Positions 18,947 through 27,800 of a stretch of 64,000 bases of DNA are shown one piece after another (positions within the stretch are counted from its first letter, which is position 1; the number at the start of each line of letters is the position of its first letter). The notes beneath the pieces were generated by a model. It saw nothing but the letters and a program-made list of their open reading frames with translations. It ran no database searches and had not been told where the DNA came from. The DNA comes from Armatimonadota bacterium (GTDB lineage Bacteria > Armatimonadota > SYMT01): contig JBKBRF010000011.1 of NCBI GenBank assembly GCA_046292385.1, forward strand, positions 32,001-96,000, written 5' to 3'. A program made the translations under genes and the position numbers.

Positions 18947-19078
18947 CGAGGGAATGAATTTCCTCGCTCTTAGGCCTGCGGCCACGCGTCCTCCGGACGC
19001 CCGATGAGCGGTCGCTGCTGCCGCTCGTCCGGAGGACGATTAGCCGAAGGCTGCCCAGCGAGGGAATTCATTCCCTCG
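18947..19078. repeat. REP-like nested palindrome element (family D)
   Basis: Outer IR CGAGGGAATGAATT(T/C)CCTCGCT (21/22); inner IR CGTCCTCCGGACG; 32-nt exact match to 53134-53165. Confidence 0.75.
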
Positions 19079-19195
19079 TGCCGTCGGGCGCCGCGGATTG
19101 CCGGACAACGCAAGCGAGGCCGCCGGAGATCTGCTCTCCGCCGGCTCCGCTTGTCTCACCCAGCGCCCGCGCCTACCGGCGTGTGGGCGTGAGCG

Positions 19196-19798
19196 CTAAG
19201 AGCTGATCAGGCAGTCTTCCAAGGAGTAGGCCGTCACCACCGGACCCGGGCCTTCACCGGCCACTCCGCGGCTGTTGTTGGAGAGCTGGACGCACGCGCT
19301 GGGGCCGACTCGCCGTGCCGCCTCTCGCGCGGCCTGAACCGCGGGCAGCAGCAGGGCCACCAGCACGAAGCAGATCTCCGCCGGGCCGTCCCCGGTCAGG
19401 TCCCCGACCGCTACGTGGAGCTCCTGATCCTCGCGGATCAGCCAGAGCGAGCCGTCCACAAGCCGGCGGAACGTGATCTTCACGCCCTCACCGGGGCCGA
19501 GCGTGTCCTCAAACGTGGCGAGCAGATGACGGGGGAGTAGCCTGCCCTGGAACACGTAGGTCCCGCGCGACCTGTTCCGCGCCAGCGAGCCCGGTCCGCC
19601 CGCCGACTCTTCCGGTACAGGGTTGAAGTAGCTGAAGGTGAGCGACTGGCCCGGCATGATGATGCACGGACCGCACGCGCCCAGGTACTGCGGGCGCTTC
19701 ACCGCCGCCGCGGCCGGGTCACCGGCTGCCGCCACCACCGCCGCGCCCGCCAGTACCGCCGGCAGCACCGCGCGCCGGGAAATCGAATCGTCTGCCAT
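19196..19798 (-). CDS. Hypothetical exported protein (Tat-like) with FG-GAP-, DUF1559/prepilin- and Hcp-like motifs
   Basis: SRRAVL leader plus hydrophobic stretch; GAGGAGGG RBS; motifs VAVGDLTGDG, LVALLLPAVQAAREAARR, YSLEDCLISS. Confidence 0.65.
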   Translation of the reverse strand: MADDSISRRAVLPAVLAGAAVVAAAGDPAAAAVKRPQYLGACGPCIIMPGQSLTFSYFNPVPEESAGGPGSLARNRSRGTYVFQGRLLPRHLLATFEDTLGPGEGVKITFRRLVDGSLWLIREDQELHVAVGDLTGDGPAEICFVLVALLLPAVQAAREAARRVGPSACVQLSNNSRGVAGEGPGPVVTAYSLEDCLISS

Positions 19799-20012
19799 CG
19801 AACGAGCCCTCCTCAATCCGCCGCTCCCGGGACGGGAGCCGGCGCCGACTGAACGGGAGGCGGACCCGAGTGCGCGCGGTGACTTGCCTCACGGCGCACT
19901 TTCGGCCTAAATCGCCCGACGTTCTCTTGCATCATGCCGCGTGCAGTGCTTGCTGTCTAGCCCTTCAACCAAAGAAACACTTCGGCACCCTCGAGACGAG
20001 CAGAAATGATTC

Positions 20013-20045
20013 GGGGCCGCCGGAGATCTTCTCTCCGGCGGCCCC
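20013..20045 (-). terminator. 14-bp hairpin, likely terminator after the sugar dehydrogenase gene
   Basis: GGGGCCGCCGGAGA-5nt-TCTCCGGCGGCCCC, 25 nt past the stop codon; U-tract weak. Confidence 0.5.
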
Positions 20046-20070
20046 TTCCTAACCGAAACGGGCGCGGTTG

Positions 20071-21405
20071 CTAGCGCCGGGTGTGCGTGACGCGCCAGAC
20101 CACGTTGCCGCCGTCGTCCGTGACGAAGAGGCTGCCGCTGCGGCCCGTGGTGACGCCGACCGGCCGGCCCCACACGTCCCCCTCCGGCGTGACGAAGCCG
20201 GTCATGAAGTCCTCGTAGACGCCGCTCGCCTTGCCGTTCTCCACCGGCACGCGGATCACTTTGTACCCGGTGCGGCGGGCGCGGTTCCAGGAGCCGTGCA
20301 GCGCGGCGAAGGCGTGGTTGCGGTACTCCCGCGGGAATTGATCGCCGGTGTAGAAGGCCATGTCGAGCGAGGCGGAGTGGCTCTGGAGCAGCACGTCCGG
20401 CACGATCACTTTGTCCTTCAGCTCCGGCCGCTTGCCCGGGTGGCGCGGGTCCTGATTGGGGCCGATGTAGTACCACGGCCAGCCGTAGAAGCCGCCGTCG
20501 CGCACGCGCGTGATGTAGTCCGGCACCAGGTGGTCGCCCAGCTCGTCGCGCTCGTTGACGGAGGTCCAGATGTCGCCGGTGGTCGGGTGGATCGCCAGGC
20601 CGACCGGGTTCCGGATGCCGGAGGCGTAGAGGCGGTAGCCGGTGCCGTCCGGGTTGTACTCCAGGATCGAGGCGCGCCGGTCCTCGCGGGCATCGTCGCT
20701 CACGTTGGAGAGGGAGCCGACCGAGACGTAGAGCTTCTTGCCGTCTTTGGAGAAGGCGAGGTCGCGCGTCCAATGCCCGCCGCCCCGCAGCCGCCCGTGG
20801 CCCGGGATGTCCGGCACCACCATCTCCGCCGCGCCGCGCGCCTGGGTGTCGCCGTTCCGGTAGGGGATGCGGACCACCGAGTCGGTGTTGCCCACGTAGA
20901 GCCACTCCGGGTTCCGGCTCGTCGGGTAGAAGGCGATCCCGAACGGCAGCGTCAGGCCGGTAGCGAAGACCTGGTTCAGCTCCGGCTTGCCGTCGTTATC
21001 GGCATCGCGCAGGATCCGGAGCCGGCCGGGACGGCTCTCCGCGACGAATAGGTCGCCGTTCGGCGCGGTGACGATGACCCGGGGGTTGTCTAGACCGGAC
21101 GCGAACAGCTCCGCCTGGAAGCCCTCCGGAACCTTCGGCAGGGCGCCTTCGGGGCGCCGCACCATCCGCGGGCCGTTATCGACAGAGGGGGTGTCGTACG
21201 GCTTGGGAAGGTCGGCGAGAGTGAGCTTGCGGCGCACGCCGGGCGCGTCGGTGGTCCAGTCGCCCAGCGCCGCCTCGCCGGTCAGCACCGGACGCTCGCG
21301 GCTGCCCTGCGCCACGCCGGGCTGGGTGAAGAGGGCGCACGCTCCCGCGGCGGCGGCCAGGGGGATGAGAAAAGCTGCCTGTTTCAGACGGCTAGCACGA
21401 TTCAT
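20071..21405 (-). CDS. PQQ-dependent sugar / L-sorbosone dehydrogenase family protein
   Basis: Signal peptide; GLDNPR, GIRNPVGL, NERDELGDHLVPDY, FYGWP, HGSWNR, GRPVGV; AGGAGG RBS. Confidence 0.92.
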   Translation of the reverse strand: MNRASRLKQAAFLIPLAAAAGACALFTQPGVAQGSRERPVLTGEAALGDWTTDAPGVRRKLTLADLPKPYDTPSVDNGPRMVRRPEGALPKVPEGFQAELFASGLDNPRVIVTAPNGDLFVAESRPGRLRILRDADNDGKPELNQVFATGLTLPFGIAFYPTSRNPEWLYVGNTDSVVRIPYRNGDTQARGAAEMVVPDIPGHGRLRGGGHWTRDLAFSKDGKKLYVSVGSLSNVSDDAREDRRASILEYNPDGTGYRLYASGIRNPVGLAIHPTTGDIWTSVNERDELGDHLVPDYITRVRDGGFYGWPWYYIGPNQDPRHPGKRPELKDKVIVPDVLLQSHSASLDMAFYTGDQFPREYRNHAFAALHGSWNRARRTGYKVIRVPVENGKASGVYEDFMTGFVTPEGDVWGRPVGVTTGRSGSLFVTDDGGNVVWRVTHTRR

Positions 21406-21441
21406 ACGAGTGAATGCCTCCTGCACCAACTTATCCGAGAT

Positions 21442-21900
21442 GGGGGCGGGAGTCGACCTTAGTCGGGCCCGCGGATTGCTCGGGTTCTTGTCGACCGGCT
21501 GGGTCGATCCCGGCGCTACGACCCCGTGCCCTTGTGCCGGGAGGCAGCCCTCCCGCGACGGGGGCCCTCCGCCGGCCCTTTCACACTCCGCTTCGCTCCG
21601 CTAGCGGGCCGCTCCGGGAGTGCGCGCCGATTCGCTCTTCCCGCGCCACCGTGCCCTACCGTATCTAAAGCGCGGTTCACGGGCTGCCTCCCGGCCCTTC
21701 GAGCAAACTCCCCTGGGCCCAGGGGAGTTCACAAGTGGCGCCCTGCGGGCGCCTCGGTTTCTGGCTTCTACCGAGTCGGCGTGTCCTCTCACTCGACGCT
21801 GGCGCCATGGGCGGGAGCGCATCCGCGGAGCGAGCGTCTGCCTTCGGATCGGCGGCGAGGAGTCCGCCGGCGTAGAGCCGAACAGCACTCGGTCCCCGTC
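21442..21900 (-). ncRNA. Candidate large structured non-coding RNA (family unassigned)
   Basis: No credible ORF; nested long-range helices incl. a perfect 15-bp pair 21536-21550/21681-21695, many hairpins, purine-rich loops on the minus strand. Strand and ends inferred. Confidence 0.55.
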
Positions 21901-21979
21901 GGCAGGGCTGCGAGCGAACGAGAGGGTCGCGCGCCCTCCTCTTTCATCTCCCCTCTCCCCTCTTCTAATCTTGGACGGT

Positions 21980-23020
21980 ATGGAGCTACTGAAGGAGCTG
22001 TGTGAGGCGGCCGGTATCCCCGGCCGGGAAGAGCGCCTGCGTGCCATCGTGCGGCGGGAGCTGGAGCCGCTGGTGGACGAGCTCCGGGTCGACGCACTCG
22101 GCAACCTGATCGCGGTGCGGCGAGGAAGCAGCGGAAAGAAGCTGGCGATCGCGGCGCACATGGACGAGATCGGGTTCCTGGTCACCTACATCGAGGAAGA
22201 GAGCGGCTTCCTGCGGCTAAATCCGGTGGGCGGGCACGACCCCCGCAACATGGTGGCGCAGCGGGTGAAGGTGGTCGGAAAGCAGGATCTCCCCGGCGTC
22301 CTCTACCCCGGCCAGAAGCCGCCGCACCTGCTGGACGGCGAGGACAAGAACAAGACCGCGAAGGTCTCGGAGTTCTTCGTCGATCTCGGCCTGCCGGTGA
22401 AAGAGGTGCGGGAGCTGGTGCCGATCGGCTCCATGGTGGTGATCGACCGCCCCTTTGCGGAGATCGGCCACTGCGTGAGCTGCAAGGCGATGGACAACCG
22501 CGTCTCGGTCTTCGTGATGATCGAGGCGCTCCGAAAGGCGAAGCGCTCCGGGTTCGAGGTCTACGCGCTGGCGACGGTGCAGGAGGAGGTCGGCCTGCGG
22601 GGCGTCCTCACCGCCACCTACGCGGTCGAGCCGGACGTGGCGCTGGCACTCGACATCACCATCGCGGCGGATATCCCCGGGGTGCCGGAGCACGAGCGCG
22701 TGACCTGTGTCGGTAACGGCACCGCGATCAAGATCATGGACTCCGCCAGCATCTCCAACGCGAGGATGGTGGAAGTACTGCGCGAACTGGCGCTGCGGCG
22801 CGAGATCCCGCACCAGATGGAGATCCTGCCCCGGGGCGGCACCGACGCCGGCGGCATGCAGCGCGTCCGAGCGGGAGCGCCCGCCTGCACCGTCTCGATC
22901 CCCGCCCGCTACGTCCACACCTCGATCGAGCTCTGCGCGAAGCGCGACATCGAGGCGACGATCGATCTGGTCGCCGCTTTCATCGAAGAGGGACACGGGC
23001 ACGACTACCTTCCCCGGTGA
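21980..23020 (+). CDS. M42 family metallo-aminopeptidase
   Basis: AAHMDEIG, KAMDNR, VQEEVGLRG, GGTDAG, RYVHT; ATG 21980. Confidence 0.93.
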   Translation: MELLKELCEAAGIPGREERLRAIVRRELEPLVDELRVDALGNLIAVRRGSSGKKLAIAAHMDEIGFLVTYIEEESGFLRLNPVGGHDPRNMVAQRVKVVGKQDLPGVLYPGQKPPHLLDGEDKNKTAKVSEFFVDLGLPVKEVRELVPIGSMVVIDRPFAEIGHCVSCKAMDNRVSVFVMIEALRKAKRSGFEVYALATVQEEVGLRGVLTATYAVEPDVALALDITIAADIPGVPEHERVTCVGNGTAIKIMDSASISNARMVEVLRELALRREIPHQMEILPRGGTDAGGMQRVRAGAPACTVSIPARYVHTSIELCAKRDIEATIDLVAAFIEEGHGHDYLPR

Positions 23021-23062
23021 GTGGGGCTGTCTCCGTTAAGCTGGGCGCGTTCTCGGGGCGGA

Positions 23063-23214
23063 CGTATTCCGTATCGCGTATTCCGTAGCGGCGTGCCTGC
23101 TCGTGAATCCGGCCACGTCGTGCCGGGCGGCATGCTCTCCTGGCACTCCGCCCGGCAGGATGCCCCGCAAAGCGGTACCGGCACGCCGCTACGGAATACG
23201 CAATACGAGATACG
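23063..23214. repeat. Inverted repeat with CGTATTC-type heptamers
   Basis: Perfect 22-bp IR 23076-23097/23180-23201, inner IR TGCCGGGCGG/CCGCCCGGCA. Confidence 0.7.
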
Positions 23215-23259
23215 CCACAGGCACACCAACTCTCCGTAGTCAGGCAAAGCGTTGCAACT

Positions 23260-24417
23260 ATGAAAATCACCAACGTAAACACCCACGTCGTCGGCAATCC
23301 GTGGAAGAACTGGGTCTTCGTGACGGTGGAGACCGACGAGGGGATCACCGGGGTCGGCGAGGGGACGGTCAACTGCTTCGGCAGGACCACCGAGCAGGCG
23401 ATCCTGGAGCTCTCCCACCACGTCATCGGCATGGACCCGTTCCAGACCGAGATGGTCCACCAGAAGCTGGTGCGGGACGTCTACTCCGAAGGCGGGCAGG
23501 TCCACCGCAGCGCGGCGTGCGCGCTGGAGGTCGCCTGCTGGGACATCATCGGCAAGGCGCTGAACCAGCCGATCTACAACCTCCTGGGCGGTCGCTGCCA
23601 TCAGAAGGTTCGAGCCTACGCCAACGGCTGGTATCGGGGCGAGCGGACGCCGGAGATGTTCTACGAGCAGGCGAAGGCGGTGGCGGAGGCCGGCTACACG
23701 GCGCTGAAGTTCGACCCGTTCGGCGCGGAGTGGCGGATCATGGACCGCTACGAGGAAGACCTCTCGCTCGACATCATCGTTGCCGTCCGGGACGCAGTGG
23801 GGCCGAAGGTCGATATCTTCGTCGAAGGGCACAACCGCTTCAGCCCCGCCATCGCGCTGAAGTTCGCCGAGCGGATGGCGCCGTACCAGCCCTCCTGGTT
23901 CGAGGAGCCGGTGGCGCACCAGCACATCGGCGCGCTGGTGGAGGTGGCCCGCAACAGCCCGGTGCCGGTGGCGACCGGCGAGAGCCTCACCAGCACTCAC
24001 CAGTTCGCGGAGCTGCTCAGCTACAACGCGGTCAGCATCCTGCAGCCGGAGATCCACCACCTCGGCGGACTGCTGCCGGCGAAGAAGGTGTGCGGGATGG
24101 TCGACGCCTTCTACGGGGTCGTGGCGCCGCACAACGCGCAGGGACCCGTCTCCACGGCGATGTGCCTGCAGCTCGCCGCCTGCACGCCCAACTTCTACGT
24201 GCAGGAGATCTTCGACGAGTACAACGTGGCCTGGGAGCAGGACCTGGTCGACTTCCCCTGCCACGTCAAGGACGGCTGGATCGAGATCCCGGAGCGGCCC
24301 GGCCTCGGCGTGGAGCTGAACCTGGACGAGTGCGCGAAGCACCCGTACGAGCGTGCCTACTTCCTGCCGCTCTTCAAGCCCGGCTGGGAGAAGCGCGAGG
24401 GAACCGTCGAGCCGTAG
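23260..24417 (+). CDS. Mandelate racemase/muconate lactonizing enzyme family dehydratase (galactonate dehydratase-like)
   Basis: WDIIGKA, YANGW, KFDPFG, WFEEP, ATGE, APHN, PGLGVE. Confidence 0.9.
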   Translation: MKITNVNTHVVGNPWKNWVFVTVETDEGITGVGEGTVNCFGRTTEQAILELSHHVIGMDPFQTEMVHQKLVRDVYSEGGQVHRSAACALEVACWDIIGKALNQPIYNLLGGRCHQKVRAYANGWYRGERTPEMFYEQAKAVAEAGYTALKFDPFGAEWRIMDRYEEDLSLDIIVAVRDAVGPKVDIFVEGHNRFSPAIALKFAERMAPYQPSWFEEPVAHQHIGALVEVARNSPVPVATGESLTSTHQFAELLSYNAVSILQPEIHHLGGLLPAKKVCGMVDAFYGVVAPHNAQGPVSTAMCLQLAACTPNFYVQEIFDEYNVAWEQDLVDFPCHVKDGWIEIPERPGLGVELNLDECAKHPYERAYFLPLFKPGWEKREGTVEP

Positions 24418-24469
24418 ACCCCGCTCAGGGGTAGGCAGGAAGTAGCGCCGGCTTTTCGACCGGCAGGTC

Positions 24470-24523
24470 TGAGCCCGCGCAGGCGGGCTTCGCCCTCTGT
24501 AGCCTCGACTTCAGTCGCAGGCG
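24470..24523. repeat. REP-like palindrome
   Basis: GAGCCCGCGCAGGCGGGCTT hairpin followed by GTAGCCTCGACTTCAGTCG, between convergent genes. Confidence 0.5.
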
Positions 24524-24552
24524 GGAACCCGGCAGAACTTCTTACCCACCCG

Positions 24553-25668
24553 TTAGGGAAGCCGCCGGACGGCGACCAGCGTGATGTCGTCCGGCGGCTC
24601 CGGGGCCAGCTCCAGCAGCCCGGCCGCCACCTGCTCCACGAGCTGCTGCGGCGGGAGCTGCCGGTGACGCAGGAGACGCTCGGCGAGGCCCGCCTCCTCC
24701 AGGCGGCCTCCGCCGGGCAGCGGGACGTCGGTCGCGCCGTCCGTGTAGCCGAGCAGGAGGTCGCCGGTCTCCAACGTGACACACACCTCTTCGGCGTCCA
24801 GCTCCGGGATCACCCCCAGCGGCATCGCGGTCGGCATGAGCTGCTCGTGCGTGCCGTCTGCCCGGAGCAGGAGCTGGGGATCGTGGCCCGCGCTGGCATA
24901 CCGGAGCTCGCCGGTGGCGCAGTGGAGCAGCCCGTAGAAGACGGTCACGAACAGCTCATCGGGGAAGCGCTCCACCAGCCGGGCGTTGACCTCCGCCAGG
25001 GCGCGGGCCGGGCTTTCGGTGCGCGACGGCGCATGATCCAGCAGGCCGATCAGCACGGCGCCCGCGAGGGCCGCGGGCGGGCCCTTGCCGGAGACGTCGG
25101 CGATGATGATCACCAGGTGCCCGTTCTCGGGAGAGAGCTGCGCGGCGTCCCCGCCGACGATGCGGGCCGGCTTGAGGTAGAGGCCCAGCTCCAGGCCTGG
25201 CACCGGCGGCGGCGGCGACATCAGCAGGTCCTGGAGCTTCCGGGTGTCGTTCAGGTCGTTCTCCAGGCGGCGGTTCACCGCCTCGAGCTCCTCCTTCTGC
25301 TCCAGCACCAACTGCTGCCGGCGGGCCACCGAGGCGCTCCCGTAGGCCACGGCCAGGAATACGACCGTGCTCAGTAGCTCGTTCGCCAGCAGGATCTCCG
25401 GCGAGACCGTAAGGGCGGCCTCCGTGCGCTGAATCCACTCGGTGGTCGCGTTGAGCAGGGTGGCGAGGATCGTCACGGCTAGCGCGCCGCGAAGGCCGGC
25501 GAGAAAGCCCGCGCGGGCGATCGGAAAGATGTAGAACGCGGACGCCACGACCCAAACGCCGCTCCCGTAGTCGACCAGCGCCGCCGCCGCGAGCGGAATC
25601 AACACACTGGCCCACTGACGAACTGCCGAGAACGGCGGTGACGGCGTGCGAGGGGAGGCGGAGTTCAT
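24553..25668 (-). CDS. Membrane-anchored PP2C/SpoIIE (RsbU-like) phosphatase
   Basis: N-terminal TM helices, coiled coil, VGGD, ADVSGKG, SAGH, YTDG, DDIT. Confidence 0.9.
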   Translation of the reverse strand: MNSASPRTPSPPFSAVRQWASVLIPLAAAALVDYGSGVWVVASAFYIFPIARAGFLAGLRGALAVTILATLLNATTEWIQRTEAALTVSPEILLANELLSTVVFLAVAYGSASVARRQQLVLEQKEELEAVNRRLENDLNDTRKLQDLLMSPPPPVPGLELGLYLKPARIVGGDAAQLSPENGHLVIIIADVSGKGPPAALAGAVLIGLLDHAPSRTESPARALAEVNARLVERFPDELFVTVFYGLLHCATGELRYASAGHDPQLLLRADGTHEQLMPTAMPLGVIPELDAEEVCVTLETGDLLLGYTDGATDVPLPGGGRLEEAGLAERLLRHRQLPPQQLVEQVAAGLLELAPEPPDDITLVAVRRLP

Positions 25669-25985
25669 CAGAGCGACAGTTGGTGCGCCCGCGGCGCAGG
25701 CGCTCTGCGCTGAGTTTACCGTGCGATCGCAGTTGGACCGCCAGCCTTACACCGCGATCCCGCCGCCGACCGCCCTGGAGATCGGATTGCGCGCAGAACG
25801 CGCTTTCCGGACGAGGATCGCCGGAAGCGCAGAGCCAAACTGAAGATCGCAAGTGTGTGCCGGAGGATGTCGCGCCGAAGGTTCACCTCTCGGCGCTTCT
25901 CAACTCCGCCGGTCCGCACGAGGTGAAGCGGCGGCTGGAGGTCTCGTTCCAATGCAAAGGATGATCCGCACCATGCGTCAGGAAG

Positions 25986-26846
25986 ATGAGGAGTAACCGC
26001 GTGGAGAAGCGTCCGTTCGGGCCCACGGGCCGCATCGTCCCGGCGATTGGGCAGGGCACCTGGTTTCTGGACCAGGCCGACCGGCGCACCGCCGTCGCGG
26101 CGCTACGGCGCGGCCTGGAGCTCGGCATGACCCACCTGGACACGGCAGAGATGTACGGGGACGGAGCCGCGGAAGAGGTGGTCGGCGAGGCGATTGCCGG
26201 GCGGCGGGAAGAGGTCTTCCTTGTTTCCAAGGTCCTGCCGCACAACGCCTCGCGCGCCGGCACGATCGAGGCGTGCGAGCGCTCGCTCGCGGCGCTCCGG
26301 ACCGACTACCTCGACTGCTACCTGCTGCACTGGCCCGGTCCGTACCCGCTGGAGGAAACGTTCGCCGCCTTCCGGGAGCTGCAGCGCGCGGGGAAGATCC
26401 GCTCCTGGGGCGTGAGCAACTTCCACGTGCCGGACCTGGATGCCGCGCTGGAGGCGGCCGGACCGGAGGAGATCGCCTGCAACCAGGTGCTCTATCACCT
26501 CGAGTCGCGGGGGATCGAGCACGAGGTGATCCCCTGGTGCGAGGAGCGCGGGATCGCGGTGGTGGCATACAGCCCCTTCGCACACGGCCAGTTCCCGGCC
26601 CTGGACACCGCCGGGGGGCGGGTGCTCCGGGAGATCGCTCTCGCGCGCGGTGCCACTCCGAGGCAGGTAGCCCTCGCCTTCCTCACGCGCCGGGCCGGCC
26701 TCTTCGCCATCCCCAAGGCCGCCGATCCGGAGCACGCGGCGGAGAATGCCGGGGCCGGGGAGCTCCGCTTGAACGAGGCGGAGATCGCCCGGATCGAAGC
26801 GGCGTTTCCCCGTGGGCCGCGCCCGCGCACCCTTCCGATGCTGTAG
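25986..26846 (+). CDS. Aldo/keto reductase
   Basis: IGQGTW, LDTAEMYG, SKV, YLLHWP, GVSNF, NQVLY, AYSP, IPKA. Confidence 0.95.
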   Translation: MRSNRVEKRPFGPTGRIVPAIGQGTWFLDQADRRTAVAALRRGLELGMTHLDTAEMYGDGAAEEVVGEAIAGRREEVFLVSKVLPHNASRAGTIEACERSLAALRTDYLDCYLLHWPGPYPLEETFAAFRELQRAGKIRSWGVSNFHVPDLDAALEAAGPEEIACNQVLYHLESRGIEHEVIPWCEERGIAVVAYSPFAHGQFPALDTAGGRVLREIALARGATPRQVALAFLTRRAGLFAIPKAADPEHAAENAGAGELRLNEAEIARIEAAFPRGPRPRTLPML

Positions 26847-26929
26847 GCCCGCCTATCCCGGCCGTCAGCGCCCGGCCGACCGGGGAGCGAAAGTCGATAT
26901 CGGCGCCGTGAAGCGGGGTATCAAGAGGT

Positions 26930-27772
26930 ATGCCCCCCATTCAGATCCTGTTCGGCACCGACGGCTCGGCTGCTGCGGCGGCCGGCATCGACCTCCTCCG
27001 CAGATTGCCGCTGCCGGAGGGCTCCGCGATCCACGTCGTCTCGGCAGTCGACGCCCAGCCGACCACCACGGAGACCGGAAGCTGGTCCCGGTTGGCGGCG
27101 CTGACCGAGCGAGCCCGCGAAGAGGCGGCGGGCTTCGCGAGGGAGGCGGGAGAGCAGTTGGTTCGCCCGGGCGTGAGGGTCACTACCGAGGTGCGCTCCG
27201 GGAAACCGGCCGACGAAGTCTGCCGCGCCGCGGCCGACGCCGGCGCAGACCTGATTGTGATCGGCCCGACGGGCCGTGCCGGCCTGGAGTCGATCATCCT
27301 CGGCAGCGTCGCCGACTCCATCGTCAAGCGGGCGCAGGCCTCGGTGCTGGTGGCCCGCCCGGTGCGCCACGAGCTCCGGCGCGTGATCGTGGCGACGGAC
27401 GGTTCCGCCAACGCCGAGCGCGCCGTCCGCAAGGTGGGACGCCTGCCGCTCCCCGCGGAGAGCTGCGTCGTGCTTACGCACGTGCTGGAGACGCAGCGGA
27501 TCATGACGCACGAGGAGCTGCAGGCTGTCGAGCCGGCCCGGTCGATCCTCGACACGGCGCGCGCCTCGATCGCCGAGTCCGGCCACTCCGTGGAGACCCA
27601 GGTCCGCTCCGGCGATCCGCGAGAAGAGCTGCTCGACCAGGCGCGGGAGATCGGCGCGGACCTGATCGTCTGCGGCGCGCGAGGGGCCTCTCTGATCGAG
27701 GGGCTTCTCTGGGGCAGCGTCGCGGATCGCCTGGTGAAGCACGCGCCCTGCTCCGTCCTGGTGGTGAAGTAG
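26930..27772 (+). CDS. Universal stress protein (two Usp domains)
   Basis: Two TDGS ... ADLIV.G..G ... LGSVAD ... SVLV units. Confidence 0.92.
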   Translation: MPPIQILFGTDGSAAAAAGIDLLRRLPLPEGSAIHVVSAVDAQPTTTETGSWSRLAALTERAREEAAGFAREAGEQLVRPGVRVTTEVRSGKPADEVCRAAADAGADLIVIGPTGRAGLESIILGSVADSIVKRAQASVLVARPVRHELRRVIVATDGSANAERAVRKVGRLPLPAESCVVLTHVLETQRIMTHEELQAVEPARSILDTARASIAESGHSVETQVRSGDPREELLDQAREIGADLIVCGARGASLIEGLLWGSVADRLVKHAPCSVLVVK

Positions 27773-27800
27773 CCGATCTTCCCGGAGGCTACCGATCACC

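Noticed and set aside
21442..21900. tmRNA, RNase P RNA, group II intron or cobalamin riboswitch
   Set aside because: No tRNA-like GGUUCGA..CCACCA 3' end or tag ORF; no GGAAAGUCC or CCCGGCUUA P4 strands; no GUGCG start or domain V; AAGCCAGAA lacks the rest of a B12 element. Only faint echoes, so left unassigned.
21620..21979. 120-aa N-terminal extension of the M42 peptidase in the ORF track
   Set aside because: M42 homology begins at MELLKEL (21980); the extension is low-complexity translation over the structured region.
25669..25985. Small ORFs between the phosphatase and aldo/keto reductase genes
   Set aside because: No RBS, motif or codon-bias support; most likely a divergent promoter region.
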